In this document: in pieces, positions 1 through 13,450 of the stretch
How positions within the stretch are numbered: position 1 is the stretch's first letter
How the letters are laid out: every line of letters begins with the position of its first letter
Assembly: GCF_006345805.1 (NCBI RefSeq)
Contig: NC_043008.1
Coordinates: forward strand, 310,001-374,000
Length of the DNA: 64,000 nt
Direction of reading: 5' to 3'
Source: Octopus sinensis
Taxonomy: Eukaryota
Made by a program: the position numbers and the translations under genes
The notes under the pieces: model-generated
The model's input: the letters and a program-made list of their open reading frames with translations, nothing else
Databases searched by the model: none
Told to the model about the DNA's origin: nothing

Positions 1-877
1 ATTATTATTATTATATTATATATGTATACACACGCACACAAACACACACTCATATATATATATAATGCTTATGTGTGTGTGTATGCGTATACGTATGTAT
101 GTATACATTATTATATATATATATATATATAATATATATATATATATATTAATATATATGAGAGAGGAGAGAGAGGAGAGAGAAAGAGAGAGAGAGAGAG
201 AATAAGGAAACAGTGAAATGTGAATTAAATTTAGTGAAAATAAAATCAATTCTTTTACTTCCCGAATACTTTTTATATTTATTTTGTCCCCAGTTGAAAT
301 TCAGAAATGTTTCTCTCGTAAATCAGCCACATTCTGCTGCTTGGTATAACTCTGGCATTGATATACATACAGCATTAGTCATTCTTCAAGACAGCATTAT
401 TATGATTTAGTACGCAGTGGGATGTTAAGCAAAAAAAAAAAAAAATACAAAAAAAAACATTTCCTTCTTTTTACAACTCATCGTCAAAAAAATGTGTAAA
501 CTACAGCAGCACTGTTGAAATCAAAGCTTGTAGAATGAAAAGTTTCTTTCTTCATCTCCCTCTCTTAATCAGCTTCGTCCCTCTCACCCTAGCTTTCACT
601 GCTCTCTCTCTCTCTTTCTCTCTCTATCTCTCTTTTTCTCATTCATTTACTTCCTCTCTTCCTATTTCAAAGGCATTCTTTTTTTACTGCCGTCCATTTT
701 GGCGAGGTCTTTCTTTCTTCACATCTAGTTTAGTGGCATCGCATTATAGCTTCAATGATGCTATTGTTTAAAGATACACGTTAGAGGTCCTGCTGTCAGA
801 CAGAACAATCCATTGTTTCGGATGTGGTTCCTCTCCTGTGCAGCTTTGTCCGGGTTTCAACATCCAAATTTCGTATA

Positions 878-1098
878 TACGAGAGGGTACTCAAAAGTTT
901 CTGGCTTCAGGTAAAAGAAAATACTGGAGGATCAATTAATCATGATTTTATTCAAAATATTCCCCTCTCAGATTCACACATTCATTCAAGCGGTCCTTCA
1001 GCTTTTCTAAGCCCTGTAAAAAAACTCGGAAACCTGGGCCTCCAGCCAGGCCCATCGCGACACCCTTAAAGCCAGGAACTTTTCAGTACTCCTTCGTG
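878..1098 (-). mobile_element. Mariner-derived MITE (~220 bp), copy 1
   Basis: Terminal inverted repeats tacgagagggtactcaaaagtttctggctt / aagccaggaacttttcagtactccttcgt. The interior matches four other copies in the window. Confidence 0.8.
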
Positions 1099-1101
1099 TG
1101 T

Positions 1102-1140
<39 letters not shown>

Positions 1141-1412
1141 AAACTTAGATATATATTTCGACCAAAGATTGGTCTAACTTAATAGCACCACCTGATAGGT
1201 TTAGCTAGATCCTCTTAAGTCGTGTTTTTGTGGTATCATGGTCCATTTGAGTAAGGCGTTCTTGTTGAGTGAGTTGTATCTAGGTATAGGTGGCTTATCT
1301 GGTATTCCTTGAAGAAATTTGTCCAGATTCCATTTTAAAATGATGGGATCCTTTTCTTCTTTGATCTGTTAAATACAGTAGGGCCGGTTGAAGAAAAGAA
1401 ATTGTCTTGCAA
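1141..1412 (-). mobile_element. 3' end fragment of a CR1/L2-group LINE
   Basis: Minus strand reads NFFSSTGPTVFN...QIKEEKDPIILKWNLDKFLQGIPDKPPIPRY, resembling CR1/L2-group ORF2 C-termini. Ends at a (TA)n tract. Confidence 0.55.
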
Positions 1413-2265
1413 CGAATTCGGTACGGAACACACACACACACACACACTAAAACCGATAAGTCAGCTCACAACACCATTTTCCGAAAATTTCCTGAAAAAA
1501 AAATAAAGCCCTAACCGCGAAATATTGAAATACAAGTTAAAAGTACATAACATTGACTTTTACATTTTCACATCACTTGTTTTACCTTAAGAAAAAAACA
1601 TGTATATATATGAGTGTGTGTATATTATACATATATGTGTGTGCTTGTATTATATGTGTTCTGCTTGCGTGTGTGTGTACGAATCGTAGCTACTAAAGAA
1701 CAGGAAAAAAGTGGTTGATAACCTACAGCAGTGCAATGATTCTAGATTTTTCAAATACAAAATCAACATTTATTTAATTTTTTTGTCTTTTATTGTTTAT
1801 GCCTAAAGAACCTGTTACCTGTCGTGGAAAACACCAGCGAAGCAAATTACATACACACCTTGATGACATTACTTTGTGTACAAGGTGACAATGCAGACTT
1901 TAAAAATAAATAAATAATAAATATAAAACTTTGTCTAGCAATGGAAGTATGCTATGCGGTCGAATGACATTGTGTGAGAGTTTTAGGACAAGTATGAGAA
2001 ACATCATTGGTGCAATCAGATCCACAACAATACATCAACCCGGAGCTAGGTAAGAAAATATAATCAGTAATTTTTTTCAACTATTCAGGTAATAGTTGTT
2101 GGGTTTTCCAAGACGTAAAAATATTTTTATAAAATGATAAGTAATGTATCAGAAATAAAGTTATTATTATTTGCTGTGAAATGGTTTATAGGAAGGGTAT
2201 ATCACAAAAGAAAGAAAAAAGGTTTGTTATGAGTCATTTTGTCCTGCGGTTAACATGGACAATAT

Positions 2266-2656
2266 AGGCTCAGGCGTGGCTGTCTGGTAAAAAGCGTGCT
2301 TCGCAACCACATGGTTCCGGGTTCACTCCTACTGCGAGCCATCTTCTATTATACCCTCGAACCGACCAAAAGTCCCGTGAGTGGATTTGGTAGGCGCAGA
2401 CCCTCACGTGTGTGTATGCGTGTGTATGTGTGTGTTTGTGCGTGTTTGTCTCTGCGGTTGTTCCTGAACACCGCTTGACAACCGGTGTTGGTGTGTTTAC
2501 GTCTCGGTAACTTAGCAGTTCGGCAAAATAAGGGGTAGTATAAATACCAGGCTTTAAAAAACAAAGCACTAGGGCCGATTCATTCGACTAGACATTCCTT
2601 AAGGCAGTGCCCCAGCATGGTCACAGTTTAATGTCTGGAACAAGTAAAAGATAAAA
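2266..2656 (+). mobile_element. tRNA-derived SINE, family A (full length)
   Basis: A-box tggctgtctgg and B-box ggttccgggttca, core gaccaaaag..gtgagtggatttggtag, internal (TG)n. Many copies in the window. Confidence 0.8.
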
Positions 2657-2693
2657 CATGATATACATACAAACATAACACGTAAAAATATCT

Positions 2694-2983
2694 GGTACTC
2701 CGTCACTTTCGACGACGAGTGTTCCAGTTGATCCGATCAACTGAACAGTCTACTCGTGAAAGTAACTTGCAAGTGGCTGAGTACTCCACAGACGCGTGTA
2801 CCCTTGCAGAATGTGACAAGGGTGGATCTTTGAAATACAGGTACAGCTCGTTTCTGCCAGCTGAGTAGACTGGACTAAAGTGAATTAAATTGTCTTGCTC
2901 GATGGCACTACGTGCCGCCGGGAATTGAACTCACCACCTTGCGATCGTGAGCCGAATGCCCTGACCACTAAGCCACGCACTTC
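2694..2983 (-). mobile_element. tRNA-derived SINE, family C
   Basis: Minus strand starts gtggcttagtggtcagggcattcggctcacgatc..gagttcaattcc (pol III A/B boxes). Homologous copy at 51880-52120. Confidence 0.75.
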
Positions 2984-3199
2984 CACATACATACAGACAG
3001 ACGTAAACAACAACACTCACATACGCTCAAGGCTGCAAACTGGACGTGTCGCTGACGCGTCAGCATTACTAAACAAAAAAAACGCAGGTTATTCTGTTGA
3101 TCAAATCAACTGGAACTCTCTCCGTCGTAAGCAACTGCGCAATATATACATGTGTGCGCGCGAATACACACACAGACACACAGACACACAGACACACAC

Positions 3200-3232
<33 letters not shown>

Positions 3233-3238
3233 TATATA

Positions 3239-3291
<53 letters not shown>

Positions 3292-3463
3292 CATATATAT
3301 ATATGCAATTTTAAATGAAGGCAAAAGAAAAAAATTTCTATGCCAATATGCTGAAAAACAGATTTTAGATCGTCTAACCACATACAATATTTTTCACTAT
3401 AAATGCACAACATGTTGAAACGAGGTGAGTAAGCTAACAGAATATTTTTAGAGATTTTTATTA

Positions 3464-3517
3464 CCGAATCGAACTGATTTCTGGATTAATCCACAAGGAT
3501 TCTTCCATCTTCAGCGA
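3464..3517 (-). ncRNA. Type I hammerhead ribozyme motif in a Penelope-like/retrozyme fragment (3305-3615)
   Basis: UCG-CUGAAGA-UGGA(agAAUCCuuguGGAUUaa)UCCA-GAAAU-caguucg-AUU-CGG. Stem I is short. The flank is homologous to 41240-41370. Confidence 0.6.
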
Positions 3518-3614
3518 GAAAAATGATTAGAAATAAATGGAACACTTTCAGATGCCCACTTTGAAAGGTATTTCAATATGCTGGCGGTTGATAATTTTTT
3601 TTGAAAAATTTTAT

Positions 3615-3791
<177 letters not shown>

Positions 3792-4899
3792 CACATACAT
3801 ACATACATACATACATACATACATACATACATACATACATACATACATTTGAACACGTCGAAAAGTTTTCAGTGCAGTTTGTCATGGAGGTGTATTCTCG
3901 CTGGAGATAAAATGGTGTAAAGACATTATGGTCAGTTCAGAGCGCCTTCTATTGTACTAGTGGAAGCACTGCTCATGAATATGTCTGTGTGTGTATATGA
4001 ATGTGCGCGCCTGCGAGTGCACGTGCATGTGTATGCAAGTGCGTGTGTGTCACGTGCTTGTGTGTATGAGTATATTTGAGACAAAAGTAGCAAAGAAAAG
4101 GCGAAAAAATAACATGAATGAACTTAATAGAGAAAATGGTATCTAGAACCGTAAGAAGAAGGAAAAATGTAGAATAAAATGAGGAAAGGAGTGAAAATGA
4201 TTTATTACTTAAAATGAAGAAGGGAAATTGAATGAGGAGAACAAATGAGATTATGTGAGGTTCATTTGCTAATGGTTTTTGTAGAGCACATGTAAGGAAT
4301 CGTAAGTGAGAGTCGTGCTAGACACGGAATTGTCGAATTACCATACAGGGAGCTTAAATCTTGCTCTATAACACTAATAAACGCTGACCATAAAATAAAT
4401 TCGAAGAATGATGAGAATACCAAGGAGGAGTCGAGTTGGATGGAGGAAAAGGTTTAAAGAGAACGTATTGGAATGGAAGATATTGAAAGAAATAAAGTTG
4501 GCGAGAAAAGAGATTAAAAGACTTAAACGCAATCATGACGGGTATCAGAGCTGGAACAACCTGGAACGTGCTGTTCAGTTTAGTGGTGTTAATGAATTTT
4601 GTGTTATGAGACCAGACTAGAAACGATCAGTTGAAACACTTGCTTTCAGTTAAAATACGTTGCCTGGTAAAAAGGTTGGTTTGACTATTTCAAATGTATT
4701 CAACATCAAAAATAGATACAGTAAATTTTAATAGTAGAGTGACTAAGAAAAATAGGAGAGGTTAATTAAAGTATTTTCCCCTTGCCATAGAAACAGACAC
4801 GAAGGACATCTGCGACTGTTTCTATATGTTTGGCTGTTCTCAGCTGAAGTAGACACTTCACTATTTTAAATATCACTCATTGGCTATTTTCTCTCTCCA

Positions 4900-5690
4900 T
4901 AATCCTTTCCCAGTCCCACCATACGCACAACATCGTTTTTACGCGGATGAAGACCTTGTTTCACGCGAGTTGTCGCTTGTTTACCAGGGTTAAGCCATAC
5001 CTTACGCTGCTTCATATTGTTGTACAGGCACCATTTTTCGTCGCCAGTAACGATTCGGTAAAGAAATCGTTGCTTGCGTCCATGAGTTGAGCGGTGACGA
5101 GCAAGCAAACCAGCGGAGATTGTGGCGCGTTGATTTTTGTTGTTGTCACTTAAAGCATGCGGAATCCGTGTTCCATACTTCTGAACCTTTCCCATCGACT
5201 GAAGATGCTTCTCTATAGCAATGTGGGAGCATTCCATTTTCTCTGCCAGTCCCCTTGTCGTTTGACGCGAATTTTCGTGCAAAAGTTGGTTTAATTGCTC
5301 TTCATCGAACTCAACTGGACGGCCAGAACGAGGTGCGTCTTTGAGGTCAATATTTCCATTTTTGAACTTGGCATATCAATCACGAACGGTTCTTTCAGGT
5401 ATGGCACCCTCTCCATACACAGCACAAATGTCGCGAGCAGCTTTTGCGGCCTTAGAACCTTGATTAAAAGCAAAAGAAGGAGGTGTCGAAATGCTCGTTT
5501 TTCTATTTTAATGATCTGAAAATAAACAAAAATTAACTAAAATTAACTAGAAAAAAAATAAAGAAACAAAATAGATTCCAAAATGATTCAAAACTAGAAT
5601 TCTCGAAAAAAAAAAAAAAGATTTCAAAATTTAAAAACGCAATAAATTCCAAAATTTAAAACACGGTGGGAACTTAGTTGCCAACCCAAT
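4900..5690 (-). mobile_element. Mariner DNA transposon, 3'-truncated and inactive (mellifera-like)
   Basis: 5' TIR ttgggttggcaactaagttcccaccg at 5664-5689. Translation contains ARDICAVYGEGAI, DAPRSGRP, RIPHALS (WVPHEL-like) and RIVTGDEKW. In-frame stop present; sequence ends before the second and third catalytic Asp. Confidence 0.92.
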
Positions 5691-6050
5691 GCATACCCAA
5701 AGAGATGGCTTATTTCCAGTAGTTTACACACAAAGCTAAAGCGAAAACGAGAAGTTTTCGCAGTTTTGTAAAAACAATTAACGTTTGAAATTCTATCCAT
5801 ACAACATACTTCAGTCTTTCTCTCCCTATCATATTGTATGTTTTCGTCTCAGGTTTTTAAAAATAATGAAATATATCATATTCTATGTATTTGTTTCAGG
5901 ATTTTAAAAATAGTTAAATGCATGTTAGAACATATATGTATATGAATGTATATATATATGTATGTGTGTGTATGTGTGCGTGCGCGTATGTATGTGTCTT
6001 TGCATATATGTATATATGCATGTATGTATGTATGTATGTATGTATGTATG

Positions 6051-6081
<31 letters not shown>

Positions 6082-6376
6082 GCATACATGTATATATGAG
6101 CGTATGTAAGTATGTATATGTCAGGTTGCATATCAACTTCCATACATTACCTCATATATGGGCTGGACTTAAAAACGTTTGTTATAAGTGAACACAGACA
6201 TGACAGAAGTCAATAGACAATCTTATAATCATTAAAATTTATATAAACTGAAATTATGCAATCAAATTATTTATTAATTATTATAATGTGAATATCTAAT
6301 ATCTAATATTTAGTAGACATGCCCTTTGCTTTTTTCAATGTAAGGACTGTGTCAGACATGCTACTGATCAGATGAC

Positions 6377-6461
<85 letters not shown>

Positions 6462-6465
<4 letters not shown>

Positions 6466-6658
6466 ATCCAAACAAGAAAACACAAAAAAAACACAACAAC
6501 GCGAGGACGTGGAACAAATATAGTATTATTGGACGCTCAGGAAAGGAGGGTTTAACGTTTCGAGCAGAGCTCTTCGTCGGAAACATAGGAGAAGGAAAGA
6601 TCCAGGGAAGGGAAGACAGAGGAAAAAAATCGCCAGCGGTACACACGAGGTCACATTT

Positions 6659-6660
<2 letters not shown>
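6462..6660 (-). mobile_element. Short Penelope-pLTR-like element with variant minimal hammerhead (6550-6584), inside (TA)n
   Basis: GUUU-CCGACGA-aGAGCucuGCUC-GAAAC-GUU-AAAC. Stem III is the palindrome ACGU; the core has a U4C change. (TA)n on both sides. Confidence 0.6.
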
Positions 6661-6693
<33 letters not shown>

Positions 6694-7187
6694 GTGCGTT
6701 TAGATAAATATAAAAATATACACACCACATCGTGCGTGGGTTGGGCTTTCGGCCCAGCATGTATTAATGCAAATAGTGGAGATAAGGTGAGTGGTTGTAT
6801 GGGGCAATGTATGTGCGGGCCGGATAATGATACCAATCCAATTATCTTTCCCTAATTCTTTCAAAGAAGCACATAAAAAGTAAGCGATAATGAATTTCAT
6901 TTGAAATAAAGGCCTTCTCAATCTCTAGGATGGGTCCAGTTGTTTTGTCACGAGAGAAGGATGGTAATTTAGATCAAGGAGACAAGGAAATGGTTCATAT
7001 GTACTGGAATGGTCAGTCTTGACCTCTTTATCGTTTCATTATCTGTAAACATTTTTGTTTTGTTCTATTCTTTGTTTTATTCTCCAATCTGTTTCGAATC
7101 CTTAGAATCTGAGCATTAGAACACCAATATCAATTATATTCGACCTAATTCCTTTTTTCTTATCTTTTTATTTTGAATGTAATTATA

Positions 7188-8118
7188 CAGTAATGCCTCG
7201 ATATTCCAGTTAATTCGCTCCCGGAAACCGCTCGTAAATCGAAAACTCGTAAAGCAGAGCAATGATTTCCACATACCTTAATACTTTATCCACATACTTG
7301 AATATACAGTTGACAGATGTGATTGTTGGTCAGATTCCTTCAAGGTATTTGAAATCGAGCCTTACGTTGGACCGGAGCAAAAGCCCGTCTCTCATCATGT
7401 ATCGTTCATTGAAATGTACTGATAGGTAATTGACACTATACGTCTTCTGTAGTCCTCACATACCGAACATATCAACATATTAGTTAATATCATCCGGTGT
7501 TTGTTTAGCATTTGCTTGAATTTCTCCAATATTAAAATGAATTGAATAATATCCTTTATGCACTTACTTGAATATATATACTGTAATGCCTCCATTACTA
7601 TTAATTTCCCATAGTAGCAATGTTATAAATTGTAATTCGTTCCCAGAAAAATATTTTACCTATAAAATTCATAATTCTCGAAAATAAATGGCAATAAAGC
7701 AACAGTAGGACTTAAAGAATATTTTATGTAAAGTGGAAAGAATGTCAAGATCATTTATAATAAAAAAATATTATTAGTATAATCGTTTTCTGAATTACTT
7801 TCACTCGCACAAGACTTACGCACACCACCACTTGTAGACGCGATCGTAGATTCACAAGCACTCGTAGACTTGTAGATTTCGTCTTAAAAAGCAAGTCTAG
7901 AATTGTTTGCTTAGAAGAAGCTTCTTTTTCGTTCTCTAAAAATTCCTCGGTAATACGCAGAAGCATTTGTTATGATTGTAGAAACTTTTGCACTTTGTTC
8001 AAAATTTCGACTTAGTGCTGGAAAAATTTCAGCTCACCATACAAAAGTGAACTGAAAAATAAAAATCGTACATCCGAAGTTTCGTACAGCGGAGCCTCGT
8101 AAAGTGAGGTATTAACTG
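7188..8118 (-). mobile_element. Tigger/pogo-like DNA transposon remnant
   Basis: TA-flanked imperfect TIRs cagtaatgcctcga / tgaggtattaactg. Internal minus-strand KQTILDLLFK resembles a Tigger transposase C-terminus. Confidence 0.6.
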
Positions 8119-8162
8119 TAACCATGCAACAGGTTGTACTGGATTATATGTTTGTACGTATG

Positions 8163-8198
<36 letters not shown>

Positions 8199-8212
8199 CA
8201 TACATACATACA

Positions 8213-8248
<36 letters not shown>

Positions 8249-8615
8249 TATGTAAATGTACCATATGAAATCACATGAAAATTAAAATGCCATTTCACTC
8301 AATTACATAATACATACCCGAGGGATGTGTTATTCCCAATAGTTTACAAACAAAATTAAAACCATAGATATAAGGACATGATCTTTGGCGACTGAACTGG
8401 CAACCCCACCAAGCATACTTGGTGAGGAAGATGATTGTTTGGCACCATGCAGGACGAAAAATAAGACCTATAAAGGGCGGAAGAGCTCATGTTTAGTCAA
8501 CGGCCATCCAAAACTATATATATATATTTTTTTATCTAGTTTCAGCTCACGAGCTGTGGCCATGCTGGAGCACATATATATATCATCAAAATAAGCAACA
8601 GGATATCAAGTAGTG

Positions 8616-8680
8616 ATGCAGTACGACCGTTTCAAGCGGCTCCATTTAATTGAAGGATGCAGTGCCATCATCAGCTGCAC
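8616..8680 (-). ncRNA. Type I hammerhead ribozyme motif
   Basis: GUGCAG-CUGAUGA-(34-nt imperfect stem II)-GAAAC-gguc-GUA-CUGCAU: canonical core and 6-bp stem I. Lies in a short insert between (TA)n tracts. Confidence 0.7.
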
Positions 8681-8764
8681 AAATAAATAAATAGAATTTT
8701 AACCAGTTGGACATAATATAATTTTTCTCAGATACTTTTACAGAGCAAGAAGATGGAAGAAATG

Positions 8765-8798
<34 letters not shown>

Positions 8799-9172
8799 AC
8801 ATGCATACAAACACAGACATACACACGGACACACACAGATACACAGAGACAGAGATGCACACACACACATACTGTATATAAGCAATTATAGCATACCAGT
8901 GAGAACTGCAGCAAGACGAAAAAAGGTCTCAATACTATTAGGAGCGGAATAATATTCCTTGAAATGTGTGAGTCTGTGAGAGTCACCTGAAGATCGAGGA
9001 CAAGCAAGAAGCCCAAAGTAGCGAGGACTGTCTTGGCTAACACCAAAATCCAGTACTGTACAATAGAATCTGCTTTAATTAGTGCTGTTTTAATTAGCAT
9101 GAATATGATTTTTTTATACTACTACGTACTCTTTTAGTTACGATGCAGTTAACCGAGATTAAAGGGCGTATG

Positions 9173-9219
<47 letters not shown>

Positions 9220-9222
9220 TAT

Positions 9223-9306
<84 letters not shown>

Positions 9307-9324
9307 CGTATGTATGTATGTATG

Positions 9325-9409
<85 letters not shown>

Positions 9410-10004
9410 TATATGTATGTATGTATGTATGTATTTCTGTATGTACGTATGGATGTATGTATGTATGTATTTAAATGTGTGCCTCCGCATGTATGTATAA
9501 TTAATGTAAATTCAATCACTAAGAATAGCTGGTTACTATCATAGTAGTAGTAGTAGTAGTAGTAGTTAGTAGTAGTAGTAGTAGTAGAGTTCTATAGAGG
9601 GCTGGTTGGGCTTTGACAAGCCAATTGCACTGCCTTCGATTCTATTTCTAGTTGAAGCTCGACCAACAATGACACGTAGGACGTGATGACAAGATCCGCA
9701 AGATCTGCAAGATCTCGTCGTTACATTTGGTGTTGCTATAATCATAACGATGGTCTCATTCAGTATGGCCACCCTGCAAACGCTGTGAATGAATAATAGA
9801 TGGAATGGCCGTATCTGAAACGCCCTGCATAGGAAGTTCTACTCGACCAAAAGACTGACATTTAGCTGGGTATCATCAGGAATAACAACAACATCACCAA
9901 CATCAACCACAACTCCATCGGACAATATTTTCGGTATCACATCTTTACAGATTCTTTGGGTCCTCAATTGTGAAATTTTTATGTTTTACTGTTTTATGTA
10001 AAGA

Positions 10005-10330
10005 CTCCTTTCGGTTATGAATGACTGTGGGATTGTACCTAGAAAATTACCCCCCCCCCCGAGGTACAAGTCCGGGCAAGGTTGCTTATGGAAGACCAGC
10101 AGTCGCCCCCTGCATACAAGCGTTCCCCGATCCACGCCACCGATGTTATCCAGGGGAAGTCAATTGCCGATACACCTTGGCACCTGTGACGTCGCAATTC
10201 ATGTCTACAGCTGAGTGAACGTGAAATAAAAGGTCTTGCTCAAGAACACAACACAGCCCTGTCCGGGGATCGAACCAACAACCTCATGATTATGAGCCAG
10301 ACGCTCTAGTCACTGAGTCATGCACCTTTA
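10005..10330 (-). mobile_element. tRNA-derived SINE with CORE-like domain, family D
   Basis: Reverse complement of the neighbouring 10349-10660 copy, with A/B boxes and ttgagcaagac..ttcactcagctgtaga. Confidence 0.75.
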
Positions 10331-10348
10331 CGTATGTTTTATGCATGT

Positions 10349-10660
10349 GAAGGCACATGGCTTAGTGGTTAGAGCATCGGGCTCACAATCATGGGGTAGT
10401 GAGTTCGATTCCCAGACTGGACTTTGTGTTGTGTTCTTGAGCAAGACACTTGATTTCATGTTTGCTCCAGTTCACTCAGCTGTAGAAATGAGTTGTGATG
10501 TCATTAGTACCAAGCTGTATCAGTTTTTGCATTTCCCTTGGATAATGTCGGTGGTGTGGAGTGGGGGGCCTGGTATGCATGGGCGACTGCTGGTCTTCCA
10601 TAAACAGACTTGTGCCTCCGAGGGTTACTTTGTAGGAGCAATCCCATGGTCCTTTGCTGT
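10349..10660 (+). mobile_element. tRNA-derived SINE with CORE-like domain, family D
   Basis: tggcttagtggttagagc (A box), gagttcgattcc (B box), then ttgagcaagacact..ccagttcactcagctgtagaaatgag. Confidence 0.8.
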
Positions 10661-10825
10661 TTCATGTCTAAATTAATACTCACGTGAAACATCCCTGCAA
10701 CGTTATTGCTAGCTAGCACCTAACTTAATCGGGCGAGAATTCGTCGCTTCCGATACAGCAAACAATGGTTCCATAAGAGATTTTATCTCAGGCTACATGC
10801 CGCAGTAACTGGTCTATCAACAGTG

Positions 10826-11045
10826 TATGAAGAGGTACTGAAAAGGTCCTGGCTTTAAGGCTATCACGAAAGGCCTGGCTGGAGGCCCAACCTTCCGAGT
10901 ACTTTTACAGGGCTCAGAAAAACTGAAGGACTGCTGCAATAAGTGTGTGAATCTAAGAGGGGAATATGTTGAATAAAATCATAATTAACTGATCCTCCTA
11001 TATTTCCTTTAACCCAAAGCCAGGAACTTTTCAGCACCTGTCGTA
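10826..11045 (+). mobile_element. Mariner-derived MITE, copy 2
   Basis: Same TIRs and interior as 878-1098, in opposite orientation. Confidence 0.8.
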
Positions 11046-11051
11046 TATATT

Positions 11052-11225
11052 GTTCAGTCCCAGTGTGGCACCTTGGGCAAGTACCTTTTGCTATAGCCCC
11101 AGGCCGACCAAAGACTTGTGACTGGATTTGGTAGACGGAAACTGAAAGAAACTCGTCGAATATACATATACGTGTGTGTGTGTGTGTTTGTGTGTCTGTC
11201 CCCACTTCATTGCTTGACAACCGAT
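11052..11225 (+). mobile_element. SINE family A, partial
   Basis: gttcagtccc..ggcaccttgggcaag..gaccaaagacttgtgactggatttggtagacggaaactgaaagaa. Confidence 0.7.
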
Positions 11226-11276
11226 ATATATATATATATGCATGTGTGTATGTATATATATATATTTATATGCACA

Positions 11277-11496
11277 CACGAAGGGGTGCTGAGAAGTCCT
11301 GGCTTTAAGAGTATCATAAAGGGGTTGGTCAGAGGCCCAAACTTCCGAGTTCTTTTACAGAGCTTAGAAAGATTGAAGAACCGCTGCAATAAGTGTGTGG
11401 ATCGGAGAAGAGAGTATGTTGAATAAAGTCCTAATTAATTGATCCTCCTCTATTATCTTTCACCCAAAGCCAGAAACTTTTCAGCACGCCCTCGTA
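11277..11496 (+). mobile_element. Mariner-derived MITE, copy 3
   Basis: TIRs present; interior translates LERLKNRCNKCVDRRREYVE*, a mariner transposase C-terminus. Confidence 0.8.
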
Positions 11497-11977
11497 CATA
11501 AATTAAGTATGATACATAGACAGCTACTTTAATTCAAAACTGCCTCACTTGTCTATACCTAAGTTTTATTCTGTTTGTTCTTTATTCTCTCCCGTTGTTT
11601 CTAACATCCAAATGTTTGGATTTTTTCATGAATGGAATCGTGAATACCGAAACTGAATATGAGAGAAATAATAAGGTTATATTATAAATCTGCTAATTTT
11701 ATAATGAGCAATCCTTAATTATACAACAATTTACGAATGACACCAAGCATGAATGAGATATTATTTTTCCAGCTAATTTTTGTATAATCATTCTTGGCAC
11801 AATTCTTCAAATTTCTCAACATTGATTAATAATATGAAAGGGATTAGAATAGGAATATATACACACACCACGTGTAGATATATATATGCGTATGTATATA
11901 TACATACATACAGATACATATATGTATGTATATATTTATACATATATACGCGCACACACATATATATACACTTATAT

Positions 11978-12018
<41 letters not shown>

Positions 12019-12483
12019 CATATATACATACATATACATATCAATCATATGATGCGGATGGAAATTCATAGGTTTTAATTATACATCGCAACGTCGCATA
12101 CCACAGTTAGGTTGCAATTTATATATTATTTAATATTACTCTCAATAATTAAAACAACAGCTTGCTGCAAATGTTCGGTTAAAAACCCCTTTTGGATAGA
12201 AAATGTCGAATGCTGCCTGTGAGACACGAACCCACATCTACTGTACTCATGTCCCACAGATAGCCTACGACTTTTCTATTCAAAAGGTTATTCAACTTAA
12301 TCTTTACATGCTATTATTTATAGCTTTAAGTGCTTCAAGATCCTCTATTCCAAAAAAGAATTATTTCACGTTCTCTGGAGTATTTATAAGTTTTTATGAC
12401 ATCAACAATATATATATATATTTATATACACATACATAAACATAAAATAAATAATATATATATATATATATATACATAAGCAT

Positions 12484-13030
12484 ATATGAGTACAGGACGT
12501 CACAAACAGTAAACAACATGAAATACTAAAATAAATGTGTGCAATACGCAAACAACGAGAGAAACAAAATGGAAAACAGGACAAGTAACATAAAGAACGA
12601 CCCTATATCAGTTGTCGGCTGTCTATCTGATCATCATTTCGAGTATTCAACGACAATATGGGTCTTCGAAGAGAGTTGCTCCCACAAATACCAAAATAAA
12701 ATTTTGGATTTTATGGGGGGGGGGGTCAAAATTGGGAACAAAAACAGGACAGTGGAGACATACAAGGAAACCGAACGTACACAAGCATGGAGGATCGTTA
12801 GACCAGAATTAGGGTAAAATAAAGAACGGTGGAGAAATATTTTCCTTGGCATGAGAAAAGGTAGATGAGAGAGATAAGATACGTCCAGTCCTTAGGACAG
12901 GACTGGAAGACAAGAAAGATGATCCCGTGAGGAAAAGAAATATGGACGATGTTCACGTGCGAGCAACGAAAGAGACAAAAGGAGAAAGAGGGGAAGAGAA
13001 AGAGAGAGAGAGAGAGAGATAAAAACGGTA
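12484..13030 (-). mobile_element. Putative Penelope-derived fragment with degenerate hammerhead-like motif (~12622-12676)
   Basis: Minus strand CUCUCU-UCGAAGA...CUC-GAAAU-gaug-AUC-AGAUAG. Flanked by TA tracts. Confidence 0.35.
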
Positions 13031-13106
13031 TATATATATACATATGTGTGTGCGTGCGTGTGCGTATGTATGTATATATGTATGTGTGTATATATATATA
13101 TATATA

Positions 13107-13159
<53 letters not shown>

Positions 13160-13160
<1 letters not shown>

Positions 13161-13450
13161 CGTTTAGGCATATGCATAAGACTCATAGTTGAGTGCCTGA
13201 GTAACATCTTATAGCTTCGGCGCAACAGCTGCGAGAGGCTTCATGGCAGGCCCCACCAGATGGATGGACGTGATTGGCAAAGCTCTCCAGGCGCTCGACG
13301 TTACCTTGGAGAGTGCAGAAGAACTGACACGGGACCGCCGGGGATAGCGAACATTGCTGGACCTGGTTGTCTCTACGCATGATAATACCTCTGGAGCCTC
13401 TTGGAATGATCTCCAGCCCCATCAAGAGCATGAAGCCAAGCGAAGCCATA
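13160..13450 (+). mobile_element. RTE-clade LINE 3' end fragment
   Basis: Translates ..RWMDVIGKALQALDVTLESAEELTRDRRG*RTLL.., matching the RTE C-terminal RW.D...A.DR..WR pattern. Confidence 0.65.

Noticed and set aside
10349-10420. tRNA gene
   Set aside because: A/B boxes continue into a SINE body with no acceptor stem or terminator. The same applies to the other SINE heads.
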